A DNA stretch of 64,000 nt from a virus (lineage: Duplodnaviria; Caudoviricetes), in the IMG/VR virus record IMGVR_UViG_3300014590_000001, positions 96,001-160,000 of that record; one strand, written 5' to 3'. A program made the position numbers and the translations under genes. The notes beneath the pieces are model-generated. The model saw only the letters and a program-made list of their open reading frames with translations, was not told the origin of the DNA and made no database searches. Below are positions 48,497-56,482 of the stretch, one piece after another; within the stretch, counting starts at the first letter, position 1, and every line of letters begins with the position of its first letter.

Positions 48497-50128
48497 TTAG
48501 CCTTTAGCCAGCAGAGCGCGGAGTTTTTTCTCGCTCATGTTTTCGGCGGCGCGAACTTTCGCAAGACCTTTCTGAACTACGATATCGCGCAGTTCGTCTT
48601 CGTCCAGATCTTCGTAATCGTCGTCTTCGCCTTCTTCAAAATCTTCGTCTTCTTCGTTGCTGTCTTCGCCGTCTTCGTCAGAAACAACTGGTGAGTATTC
48701 TGACAGGCCGGAAATATCTTCGTTGCTAAACGCTACAACTTCTTTACCGCCTTCTTCAATCACCAGCAGATCCGCGTCTTCATCCATGCCGACATAAATC
48801 AGAGTGTCTTCGCCGTCTGTCAGTTTCAGACCAGCAACCAGCGCAGATTCAGGAACGCCCCACAGTTCGGACAGCATGGACAGGTTTTCTTCTGTCACTT
48901 CTGAATCACGTCCGGCTAACTGCTTTTTAGTCAGCGAAACATATTCGTATTCTTCGCCGTCTTCGTCTTCACCGTCTTCAGAATCGTCATCGGAATCTTC
49001 GCCGTCTTCTGAATCGTCTTCATCCTCTTCGTCCTCTTCGGACTCTTCTTCTTCCTCTTCCTCTTCTTCCTCGTCTTCATCTTCATCTTCATCTTCAGCA
49101 ACCAATTCATAGTGGCTCAAAGATCCGGTGGAGATAGTGCGGAATTTTTCGGTTTCGGTGTTGAACAGTACAGCTTTGTTGTTATCGTCAACGCTTGCGC
49201 CGCAGAAAACAAACTGACCATCTTCACCTTCGCGAACCAGCAGAGTGCCAGCAGTCATATCGCTCGCATCAACGCCGAGGTGTTCAGAGATTGCAGCCGC
49301 CAGTTTTTTACCGACAGTTTTACCAACACGCGATTTGATTTTCTTCGCCAGTTCCGGAGAAATTTCATAACCGCCGTTGATTTCTTCAGGCTCAGGCTGC
49401 GCCAGTGCGTATTTGAAATTCATCGTTACGCGAATGTCGCCACCAGTGCGATCAAACTCAGTCGAGTAACCAACTTCGAATGCGTTTTGAATCGCCGCGT
49501 TGTTTTCGTCAAACTTCGCGAGAGAAGAATCTTTCGCGACTGCCATCAGACGTTCAGTAATAACTTTCGCCAACGGTTCGCCAACTTCAGACAGTGACAC
49601 GGTGCCTTTCGGTTTGATACCAAAGTCGCTCATTTCAACGCCAGCGTTTTTAGCGCCACGACGTTTAACAGTGCGACCAGTTGTTTCTTCTACATCAACA
49701 TCCGCAGCTTTGCGGCGAACTTTAGAAGGTTTCTCTTCAACGTCTTCAACGTCTTCAGCAGGTTTGCGACCGGAAGTTTTGCGGCCAGTAGTTTTAGCTG
49801 GCTTGTCTTCAGCAGGTTTGCGACCGGAAGTTTTCTTGCCAGTTGCTTTAGCAGGTTTTTCTAAGAAAGCGTCAGTGCCAACTTTTTTCTGCATCGCTTT
49901 GTCGGAAAATTCAACGTAGCCGTTTCCGGTGTCGTTCAGTTCACGCAGAGACACGTTAGGGATTTCGTAAAACATCGCGCCCTTTTTCGCAACCTGCTTG
50001 CTGTTCACACGAACAGAGCGGTCTGCAACTTTGTAGCCAGTAGCTACAGCAGCGGTGATTTTAGTTTTGGTGCCGTCCAGCAGAACAATTGATTTACCGA
50101 TCAGAGCTTTGTTAGTTGCGATTGCCAT
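48497..50128 (-). CDS. Bipolar protein: basic N-half, acidic C-half, internal duplication, terminal helical repeat
   Basis: KTSGRKPAED repeats, E/D tracts, C-terminal DYEDLDEDELR...LRALL. Confidence 0.85.
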   Translation of the reverse strand: MAIATNKALIGKSIVLLDGTKTKITAAVATGYKVADRSVRVNSKQVAKKGAMFYEIPNVSLRELNDTGNGYVEFSDKAMQKKVGTDAFLEKPAKATGKKTSGRKPAEDKPAKTTGRKTSGRKPAEDVEDVEEKPSKVRRKAADVDVEETTGRTVKRRGAKNAGVEMSDFGIKPKGTVSLSEVGEPLAKVITERLMAVAKDSSLAKFDENNAAIQNAFEVGYSTEFDRTGGDIRVTMNFKYALAQPEPEEINGGYEISPELAKKIKSRVGKTVGKKLAAAISEHLGVDASDMTAGTLLVREGEDGQFVFCGASVDDNNKAVLFNTETEKFRTISTGSLSHYELVAEDEDEDEDEEEEEEEEEESEEDEEDEDDSEDGEDSDDDSEDGEDEDGEEYEYVSLTKKQLAGRDSEVTEENLSMLSELWGVPESALVAGLKLTDGEDTLIYVGMDEDADLLVIEEGGKEVVAFSNEDISGLSEYSPVVSDEDGEDSNEEDEDFEEGEDDDYEDLDEDELRDIVVQKGLAKVRAAENMSEKKLRALLAKG

Positions 50129-50193
50129 GATTATTTCTCCTAAGAAATAGTAGTTGAGGCTTTTAAGTTCGGCACTGCGCCGAGTGAGATTAA

Positions 50194-50249
50194 ATAGTGC
50201 ATGAAACTCTCAGAAGTTTCAATCAACATTTTAGACACTATTTTGCAGA
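50194..50249 (-). promoter_or_regulatory. Box-type promoter 2
   Basis: TCTGCAAAATAGTGTCTAAAA-N6-TTGAAA-N17-CACTAT. Confidence 0.75.
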
Positions 50250-50272
50250 GTTCCCAAAGGTGGAGACTTTGC

Positions 50273-50355
50273 AAAAAAGTGTGGGCATCCATTCCCACAT
50301 AAAGGTTCCAAACAAACTACTTGATACTTGAGGGTTCAGAGCGTTGCCGCCCTGT
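50273..50355 (-). ncRNA. Candidate small RNA, about 83 nt
   Basis: Own box promoter; 5' GCAA-tetraloop hairpin; 3' TGTGGG/CCCACA hairpin with CTTTTTT; no enclosed ORF. Confidence 0.6.
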
Positions 50356-50361
50356 CCTTAT

Positions 50362-50417
50362 ATTCTAGCTGAACGGAGCGGCAAATGCTATCGGTATTTT
50401 GGACACTTATTTGCAGA
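50362..50417 (-). promoter_or_regulatory. Box-type promoter 3 (drives the candidate sRNA)
   Basis: TCTGCAAATAAGTGTCCAAAA-N6-TAGCAT-N17-TAGAAT. Confidence 0.8.
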
Positions 50418-50427
50418 CTTTGAAACT

Positions 50428-50976
50428 TCAGCCCTTGCGAGATTTCGCTTCAGGCATCTGCTTTTTAGGTGGAACCGTATATTTCGATTTCTTAGGTTCC
50501 TTGAATTTCTTCATGCCGTGGCGTGTGCCGTGGATTTTGTTAAAACGATACGTTGCATCCGCAATAAAGCAACGCTTCGAGAAACTGTCTTTTTTAGGCA
50601 GAACCGAATCATCGACAATGCCAAGCGCTTTTACTTCAGCGAGCAGATCTTTAAACTCAGGGAAGAAACCGCACTGGTTATTCATGATCTCGTCAGTTTT
50701 GAAAGGATCGATTTCAACATAACGAATCATGTGAAGCATTTCTTTATTCACACCAGTGACCGCCGAAACTTGTTTTTGAACAATGTCAGACGATTTGGAT
50801 AAATCAGCCAGCGCAGCAAATTCTTTTTCGGTCAGGCCGATTGTTTTCAGAATCGCTTTCTTGCTGTCCTTGTCGCTATGTTCGCTCAGGAATAATTCGA
50901 ATGCTTTTGACAAAGCAACAGAGAGCAGAGCGGCTTGTGATTGGGTTGAGGCTTCGGTGAACTTCATTGTAGTCAT
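50428..50976 (-). CDS. Hypothetical protein with basic C-tail
   Basis: 182-aa ORF directly downstream of promoter 4. Confidence 0.75.
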   Translation of the reverse strand: MTTMKFTEASTQSQAALLSVALSKAFELFLSEHSDKDSKKAILKTIGLTEKEFAALADLSKSSDIVQKQVSAVTGVNKEMLHMIRYVEIDPFKTDEIMNNQCGFFPEFKDLLAEVKALGIVDDSVLPKKDSFSKRCFIADATYRFNKIHGTRHGMKKFKEPKKSKYTVPPKKQMPEAKSRKG

Positions 50977-51014
50977 CCTTTGTAAGTCTAAGCGGTATTG
51001 CTTAGTGAGTCTTT

Positions 51015-51070
51015 ATAGTATGAAAGTTTCGTGTCCAAAACAACCTGTATTTTGGACACTGTTTTGCAGA
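51015..51070 (-). promoter_or_regulatory. Box-type promoter 4 with an inverted extra half-box
   Basis: TCTGCAAAACAGTGTCCAAAA-N6-TTGTTT-N17-TACTAT; second GTGTCCAAAA on the + strand at 51031-51040. Confidence 0.8.
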
Positions 51071-51076
51071 CTTGCT

Positions 51077-51442
51077 TTATACAAGGCCGTCCAGTTTTCT
51101 GTCTAACTCTGCCTGAATCTTTTTGTGTCGTTCACGCTCGCCCAGCATACGGAAGAAAACGAATGTTCCCCACAGCCAGAATGTGAGCGGCAGAGGCACA
51201 ACGATCAGAATCCAGAAAGGCAGCAAAAGCAGCCACGCGAAAAACTGCGCGATTGTCATGTGCCAGCTTAATTCGCAAATCTTTTCCCACAGCGATTTAA
51301 AGCATTTGCCGATTCCATCCGCGACCAACGCCCAACAATCCAAAAGACTAGGCTTGTACGATCCAGCGCGAACCACGCCGTAGGGATTGTGGAAAAACTG
51401 ATAAATGGTTGCGCTATTTTTTACTTCTTCAATTGTTGGCAT
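51077..51442 (-). CDS. Membrane protein
   Basis: Long hydrophobic stretch FFAWLLLLPFWILIVVPLPLTFWLWGTFVFF. Confidence 0.7.
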   Translation of the reverse strand: MPTIEEVKNSATIYQFFHNPYGVVRAGSYKPSLLDCWALVADGIGKCFKSLWEKICELSWHMTIAQFFAWLLLLPFWILIVVPLPLTFWLWGTFVFFRMLGERERHKKIQAELDRKLDGLV

Positions 51443-51819
51443 CAGAATCTCGCCTCCCCTAAAACAATTGAGCCGTCATCAATTTTCGCTTCTCGAATTT
51501 TATCTCCGCGATCCGGCAGACGAACGATGTAGGTTGCATGTTTCCATCCGCGATGTGAGTTAACAGGCTCAGTTGTGCGGTACATAATAAGAGGATGAAG
51601 ATCGTCAGAATGAAACGAATTGTAATCTGCAACGAATTTTAATTGTGCCTCTTCGCTAAAATTCGTTTCGCCCACAAAAGCCATCGCACGAATCAAATCA
51701 ATTCGAACAACGCCGCCAGCTTTGCTGGGTTTAGTTTTGAGTGCGAACGTCTGATATTTCTTACGACGATCTTGTGGATGCAGATTGTGATTTTCAACCA
51801 GCGAATCAATGTAGCCCAT
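51442..51819 (-). CDS. Hypothetical protein
   Basis: Start MGYIDS, GAGG RBS. Confidence 0.7.
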   Translation of the reverse strand: MGYIDSLVENHNLHPQDRRKKYQTFALKTKPSKAGGVVRIDLIRAMAFVGETNFSEEAQLKFVADYNSFHSDDLHPLIMYRTTEPVNSHRGWKHATYIVRLPDRGDKIREAKIDDGSIVLGEARF

Positions 51820-51820
51820 T

Positions 51821-52054
51821 TTATTTTCCTCTTCCGTAGCCGCCGATTGCCTCTTGCACAGCAATATGTTTAAGAATGCGATGATGTAGAGCTTCGCGTG
51901 AACTCCCCTCAAAATCGCTAGGGATAACATTTGCAGCAACCATTATTTCTTTGAGTTGTTGCGTGGATAAATGCGCGAACTCTTCAGCAACATTTTCCAT
52001 AGAAGGATTGTTGCGTAACTTGCTACTGATTTGCATTGCCATGTTGTTTCTCAC
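51821..52054 (-). CDS. Small hypothetical protein
   Basis: Fills the gap in the operon; LSTQQLKEIM...SREAL helical pattern. Confidence 0.65.
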   Translation of the reverse strand: MRNNMAMQISSKLRNNPSMENVAEEFAHLSTQQLKEIMVAANVIPSDFEGSSREALHHRILKHIAVQEAIGGYGRGK

Positions 52055-52416
52055 TCTTCGTCAGGTTCGTCTTCAGGTTCAGCGCCTACCATCATATCAA
52101 GTTCTTCTATGGATAAATCAAGAGAACTTTCAACGCGACGAGCAGAAAGACGTACCCAATTTCTCGTCTGACTGATAAGCAACAATGCGTACTGGCCGCA
52201 GTCAACAGGGAAGATTAAATATCCACGTTGCCGCAAATGGAATTCCAATTCTTGAAGAACACTCGGTTCGATATAGCTGTTTCTATATCCAAACAGTCCA
52301 GCTACAACGTTGCCCGTAATAATGATACGAGTTATCGTTTTGTTCTTTTCTTCTGCATATGATTTCATGTTAAGAACAAGCAGGGCAGCGACAGCTTCAG
52401 CAGTACGGAATTTCAT
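52051..52416 (-). CDS. Hypothetical protein
   Basis: GGAG RBS. Confidence 0.7.
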   Translation of the reverse strand: MKFRTAEAVAALLVLNMKSYAEEKNKTITRIIITGNVVAGLFGYRNSYIEPSVLQELEFHLRQRGYLIFPVDCGQYALLLISQTRNWVRLSARRVESSLDLSIEELDMMVGAEPEDEPDEE

Positions 52417-52436
52417 AAAATTTTCTCCAGAAAGTT

Positions 52437-52463
52437 AAAAAGGGCAGCACCGAAGTGCCACCC
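52437..52463 (-). terminator. Intrinsic terminator
   Basis: GGGTGGCAC-TTCG-GTGCTGCCC-TTTTT. Confidence 0.88.
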
Positions 52464-52471
52464 GAATTTAT

Positions 52472-53248
52472 TTACGCTTGCTCAGATTTGAAAGCATGTA
52501 CAGCAACCATCATCGAGTCGATGTTAGAAAATTCTGCATCGGAAACTTTGATTTTGTTTGCGATTGCGAAATCTTGAAGTTGCTCAAGATTCCAACCCTG
52601 CATTGCTTTCGCAGCCTTGCGAACGTTTTCTGGACGACCATCATATTCATGGTCAATGTCACGATCATCAACTACTGTTTGATCTTCGTCTTCGTCTTCG
52701 TCCTCACCCCCAAAACCATGTTCAATCAGTTTTTCCGTTGCAGGACTAATCTGGTAGTCATCACTACCTCTGGTGCGACCGATACGAGCACGGACAACTT
52801 TCGTTTTCGTATCAGGCAGACGAATGAACAGACAGTCAGGAGAATCCCAATCAACGAACACCCACGAACCGTAAACGTCAGCAATATCCAAACCGGATAA
52901 TGTGTCGTTGATCAGATCATGCAATCGCGATACGCGAGTGTTTTTCAAAGTGCGTGACATAATCAAATTGATTTCACGCATACTAACTTTGATGATGTTT
53001 TGATCGGAGCCTTCGAGATTATTCTCTTTGGCTATCCGCCATTTCTCTAAAACCGAAACAACAAAACTATTCAAACGGTCTGCATCTGTAATGCGCGCAG
53101 AAATCACTGCTTCAGAATTCTTTGCGCGAACAGAAGCGGGAGCGCCTTTTGCTTTAGCGAGTTTCTTTGCACCAGCTTTAGTTGCATCCGCGTTCTTTTT
53201 AGCACGACCAGCTTCGATTTGTTTTGCGATCACTTTAGGATTAGGCAT
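52472..53248 (-). CDS. Hypothetical protein, paralogue of 54358..55179
   Basis: Start MPNPK (AAGGA RBS); shared core domain. Confidence 0.8.
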   Translation of the reverse strand: MPNPKVIAKQIEAGRAKKNADATKAGAKKLAKAKGAPASVRAKNSEAVISARITDADRLNSFVVSVLEKWRIAKENNLEGSDQNIIKVSMREINLIMSRTLKNTRVSRLHDLINDTLSGLDIADVYGSWVFVDWDSPDCLFIRLPDTKTKVVRARIGRTRGSDDYQISPATEKLIEHGFGGEDEDEDEDQTVVDDRDIDHEYDGRPENVRKAAKAMQGWNLEQLQDFAIANKIKVSDAEFSNIDSMMVAVHAFKSEQA

Positions 53249-53340
53249 TTTGTAGTTCCTTTGGGATTTACGTTGAAAGCATGTAAGGTGAAAACCCCGT
53301 AAATCCTTACACGCTTGTTGAGGCAAGTGCCTCGGTCTTT

Positions 53341-53396
53341 ATTGTCTCAAAATAACGAGGCGATAGCCACCGATATTTTGGACACTGTTTTGCAGA
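53341..53396 (-). promoter_or_regulatory. Box-type promoter 5
   Basis: TCTGCAAAACAGTGTCCAAAA-N6-TGGCTA-N17-GACAAT (TGn extended -10). Confidence 0.75.
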
Positions 53397-53434
53397 CTTG
53401 CTAGGTCTTGTTATGCGTCTTCTGAAAGGCACAT

Positions 53435-53503
53435 AAAAAGACGGCTTGATTCATCACCTCCGTCCGTGGAGGCATTCGTTGGGGAAATCCAGAATCAAGC
53501 CGT
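53435..53503. ncRNA. Candidate three-way-junction structured element
   Basis: Perfect 12-bp closing stem ACGGCTTGATTC/GAATCAAGCCGT enclosing two hairpins. Confidence 0.45.
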
Positions 53504-53543
53504 GAGCAAGTTAGCTCTAATAGTTGCACAACCTTTCTAAAAC

Positions 53544-54335
53544 TTATTCCTCGTCTTCTTCTTCACCTTCTTCGACGAGATCTTCAATGATGTTATCGCC
53601 ATCGAATTCGTCAGTGAAAACTTCTTCTTCATCTTCGAAATCGAAATCTTCTTCGTCGTCTGCATCCAGTTCGAGAGACAATGAAGAGTCAACGCGATCT
53701 TTATTTTCCATGTAGGCGATTGCTTCACGCGCCATTGAAGTGAAACACATATCAGGATTCACTTTCAGTTCGTGCAGCATGAATTTGTCTTGCCACTCTG
53801 CGCGATTCTTTTCAACGATTTCGTCAACGTGATCTTCCAGTTCCTCCCCGCCGCGAATTGGCAGTTCGAGGAATTTCATTACGTGGCGCACTTCGCGAAT
53901 CGGAGACTCGCACAACATTTCATAGAGCGATTGACGTTCAATGCTGTCACGCGCTTCAATCAAAAACGCTTGCAGTTTTTCGCTGTTACGTACTGCAACG
54001 CGCTTGACCGCTTTCTTTGTAGGCACAAGTTTATCGTGCAAAGAAATCAGCGGAACTTCGGCGTATGCGTTTCCGATTTCGAGAATCGTACACATATCGA
54101 CAAAACTTTCTGCGTCCTGCATTGGATCGATTTTCACAACGCTGCGCATCACGACTTGCGAATCCAATTCGCTACCATCAGAGTAGATGATAGAAACAGG
54201 TAAGGCGCTTCCGTAGATCTTCGCAATTGCTTGCGACAGCAGAAGGCCAGGAACGTGCGGGGCAATTAACTTTCCGTTCAGCAGGAAAGAATAAGTGATA
54301 CCACAGAAACCGGTTTTACGTTGAATAGTTAACAT
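53544..54335 (-). CDS. Hypothetical protein with acidic C-tail
   Basis: 263-aa ORF. Confidence 0.8.
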   Translation of the reverse strand: MLTIQRKTGFCGITYSFLLNGKLIAPHVPGLLLSQAIAKIYGSALPVSIIYSDGSELDSQVVMRSVVKIDPMQDAESFVDMCTILEIGNAYAEVPLISLHDKLVPTKKAVKRVAVRNSEKLQAFLIEARDSIERQSLYEMLCESPIREVRHVMKFLELPIRGGEELEDHVDEIVEKNRAEWQDKFMLHELKVNPDMCFTSMAREAIAYMENKDRVDSSLSLELDADDEEDFDFEDEEEVFTDEFDGDNIIEDLVEEGEEEDEE

Positions 54336-54357
54336 AGCAAGATACCTACCTTTAAGT

Positions 54358-55179
54358 TTATTTTGATTGAGCGATCAGGAATTCTAACAGAGCAGCATCT
54401 GGATTGTTTCTAGCTTTAAGCGTTATGCCCATATTGTCAGCAGCATCGCGAACGCTTTCAAAATCCAGCAAATCCAAAAGTTCATTAACTGCTTGTTGCG
54501 TAGTTCCTTCTAGCTCGCCAATATTCAGAGTTGTTGCGAGTTCGTTCAACACTTCAAGATCTTGAGAGAGTAAAACGAACTTCAATTGTTGGTAAGTCCC
54601 CGAAGTTTGTCGCCGTTCTTCAGGAGTAAGGCTATCAACTTCAGCAATACGTTTGCGTGTATTGCGAAGTGAGTCAGGAGCTTTCTGTACATCAGCAGGA
54701 GAAAATTCTTCCTGCAACTTATTTTCAGTTTTAACAGGATTGGCTTTAGGTTTTGCCTCTTTAACTGGTTTCTCTTTCTTCGGCTTTTCTTCCGGTTCAG
54801 CGAAATCAGTTTCACCCAATTCAACCAACTTGCCTGTATAACCATTTTTAGAATAGACAATACCAACTACGCTTGTTGCAGAATGCGGCAATTCAATCAA
54901 AGTAAAATCAGGTGCATCATGTTTCACCAGCGCCCAATCTCCGTGAATAGCGCGGAAATTAAAATCGCCAATAACTTTTTCTACCAGTTGCGGAAGTTTA
55001 CGACGAGGCGTGTTTTCCAAAACTTTGTGAAGATCCGCAACAGAAAACTTAATGTAGTTGTCGTTAAACAACTCGCCCTTTTCGTACAGTCCACGGCGAA
55101 CAGCTTCGTTAGCTTCGAAGATACTTACCAGTGCCGCACGTACACCATCAAAATCACTCTGACTTGTTACAGCAGACAT
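54358..55179 (-). CDS. Hypothetical protein, paralogue of 52472..53248
   Basis: GAGG RBS; shared core domain. Confidence 0.8.
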   Translation of the reverse strand: MSAVTSQSDFDGVRAALVSIFEANEAVRRGLYEKGELFNDNYIKFSVADLHKVLENTPRRKLPQLVEKVIGDFNFRAIHGDWALVKHDAPDFTLIELPHSATSVVGIVYSKNGYTGKLVELGETDFAEPEEKPKKEKPVKEAKPKANPVKTENKLQEEFSPADVQKAPDSLRNTRKRIAEVDSLTPEERRQTSGTYQQLKFVLLSQDLEVLNELATTLNIGELEGTTQQAVNELLDLLDFESVRDAADNMGITLKARNNPDAALLEFLIAQSK

Positions 55180-55189
55180 TTCATTTACC

Positions 55190-55597
55190 TCAACTTAAAA
55201 TTTGTTGCAGCGACAGCACCGGAATTTCCGGAATGAAGATAAAGATTTTTTGCTCAGGAATATCGGATTTGAGTACCGCATGTTTTTTCATGTACTCAGT
55301 TCCATCCGCTACCATCCAACCGCCGAACCAGTTCGCGAATTCAGGCGAGGCTAACACGCGATTAATGCAGTTGGTTGTTTCCGCTTCATCCCATTGATGA
55401 TCCACCATCGCGCCATCACCGAAAACAATGCGAACATCGTTTGCATTAGCGTAGAAGTCGATCATCGGAACGTGAAACGCGATAGCGCCATTGCGTTGCA
55501 TATGTTGATCGACTTGCGAGAAAACTTCTTCGACTTTGCGAGCAGCCGCATATAACGCCAACTTGCCAGTAAACTTATCCAAGTCTAAAACTTTCAT
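55190..55597 (-). CDS. Hypothetical protein
   Basis: 135-aa ORF. Confidence 0.7.
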   Translation of the reverse strand: MKVLDLDKFTGKLALYAAARKVEEVFSQVDQHMQRNGAIAFHVPMIDFYANANDVRIVFGDGAMVDHQWDEAETTNCINRVLASPEFANWFGGWMVADGTEYMKKHAVLKSDIPEQKIFIFIPEIPVLSLQQILS

Positions 55598-55770
55598 TGT
55601 GCAGTTACCTTGTATCGAACGACGGTGCGGGTGGATGTTTCTACGTGCGCCTTTGTGAAGTGAATGCCGCGCATACGTGCAGCAAATTCAAAGTCACCTA
55701 AATCAATTCCAGTAGGAAAAACGATCTTGCCCTTACGCTGTAACTCTGCAAGTTTTTCCGAAATGCTCAT
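55594..55770 (-). CDS. 58-aa hypothetical protein
   Basis: Manual translation MSISEKLAELQRKGKIVFPTG...RYKVTAQ; ATGA overlaps at both ends. Confidence 0.7.
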   Translation of the reverse strand: MSISEKLAELQRKGKIVFPTGIDLGDFEFAARMRGIHFTKAHVETSTRTVVRYKVTAQ

Positions 55771-56372
55771 GCGTATGCCTTTTTAAACTTTGGTGTAGCG
55801 AAAGACCATAATGCTTTGCGTACATAATAAAGGAGAGAATGCTGAACACTGAAAACGTCTACAGTGAACGTTTCAGTTTTCATACCATAACGAACGTCAG
55901 CCCATACGATTGCGCTCACGATATCTTCGAGCATCCACTCAGTAGTGAACGATGGATGAATTGAACGCTCTAAGAAAATGCGACCTGCTTTTGAAATGCC
56001 GGACAGAATATTTTCGCCGTCGTGTGTTAAGCGAACTCCATCAGCGAAATCAAAACCGCCTGGGACAAAAAACGGAATCCATTTTCCGGTCAACGAAATC
56101 TTGAACGGTGAAATAATGGATTTCAAAAACGAGTGAGATTTTTTCAGATACTCACGAACGAAATGCAAACGCATATTTGCATTGTCGATATTTTCGTAAC
56201 CTTCAATTTCAACCGGAACTTTAATCATCGTCCACTTGTGTTTGTACAAGTCGAGATTGTGTTTGTAGCTGGACAGACGCAAATCGAATGAATGCCCGAT
56301 TGCACGATCCAGTACAGCGTCTTGCAGTTCAATCAGGTTGTTTAAGTCGGCTACGGTTTTGAGAGCGAACAT
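55767..56372 (-). CDS. Hypothetical protein
   Basis: AGGAG RBS; first gene after promoter 6. Confidence 0.75.
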   Translation of the reverse strand: MFALKTVADLNNLIELQDAVLDRAIGHSFDLRLSSYKHNLDLYKHKWTMIKVPVEIEGYENIDNANMRLHFVREYLKKSHSFLKSIISPFKISLTGKWIPFFVPGGFDFADGVRLTHDGENILSGISKAGRIFLERSIHPSFTTEWMLEDIVSAIVWADVRYGMKTETFTVDVFSVQHSLLYYVRKALWSFATPKFKKAYA

Positions 56373-56426
56373 ATAGAACTCCTTTGCAGTCTATATAAAA
56401 GTTTAGGTTAGGTACGGCTTACCCTT

Positions 56427-56482
56427 AGTTTACAGAATAAGCCGTTTTGTTGCCAGCGGTATTTTGGACACTTATTTGTCGA
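56427..56482 (-). promoter_or_regulatory. Box-type promoter 6 (upstream half degenerate, overlaps a stop codon)
   Basis: TCGACAAATAAGTGTCCAAAA-N6-TGGCAA-N17-TAAACT. Confidence 0.75.

Noticed and set aside
50238-50300. 20-codon ORF MWEWMPTLFCKVSTFGNSAK with two Trp codons, like an attenuator leader
   Set aside because: Weak RBS, it starts inside the terminator hairpin and runs into the next promoter box, and there are no Trp-related genes downstream
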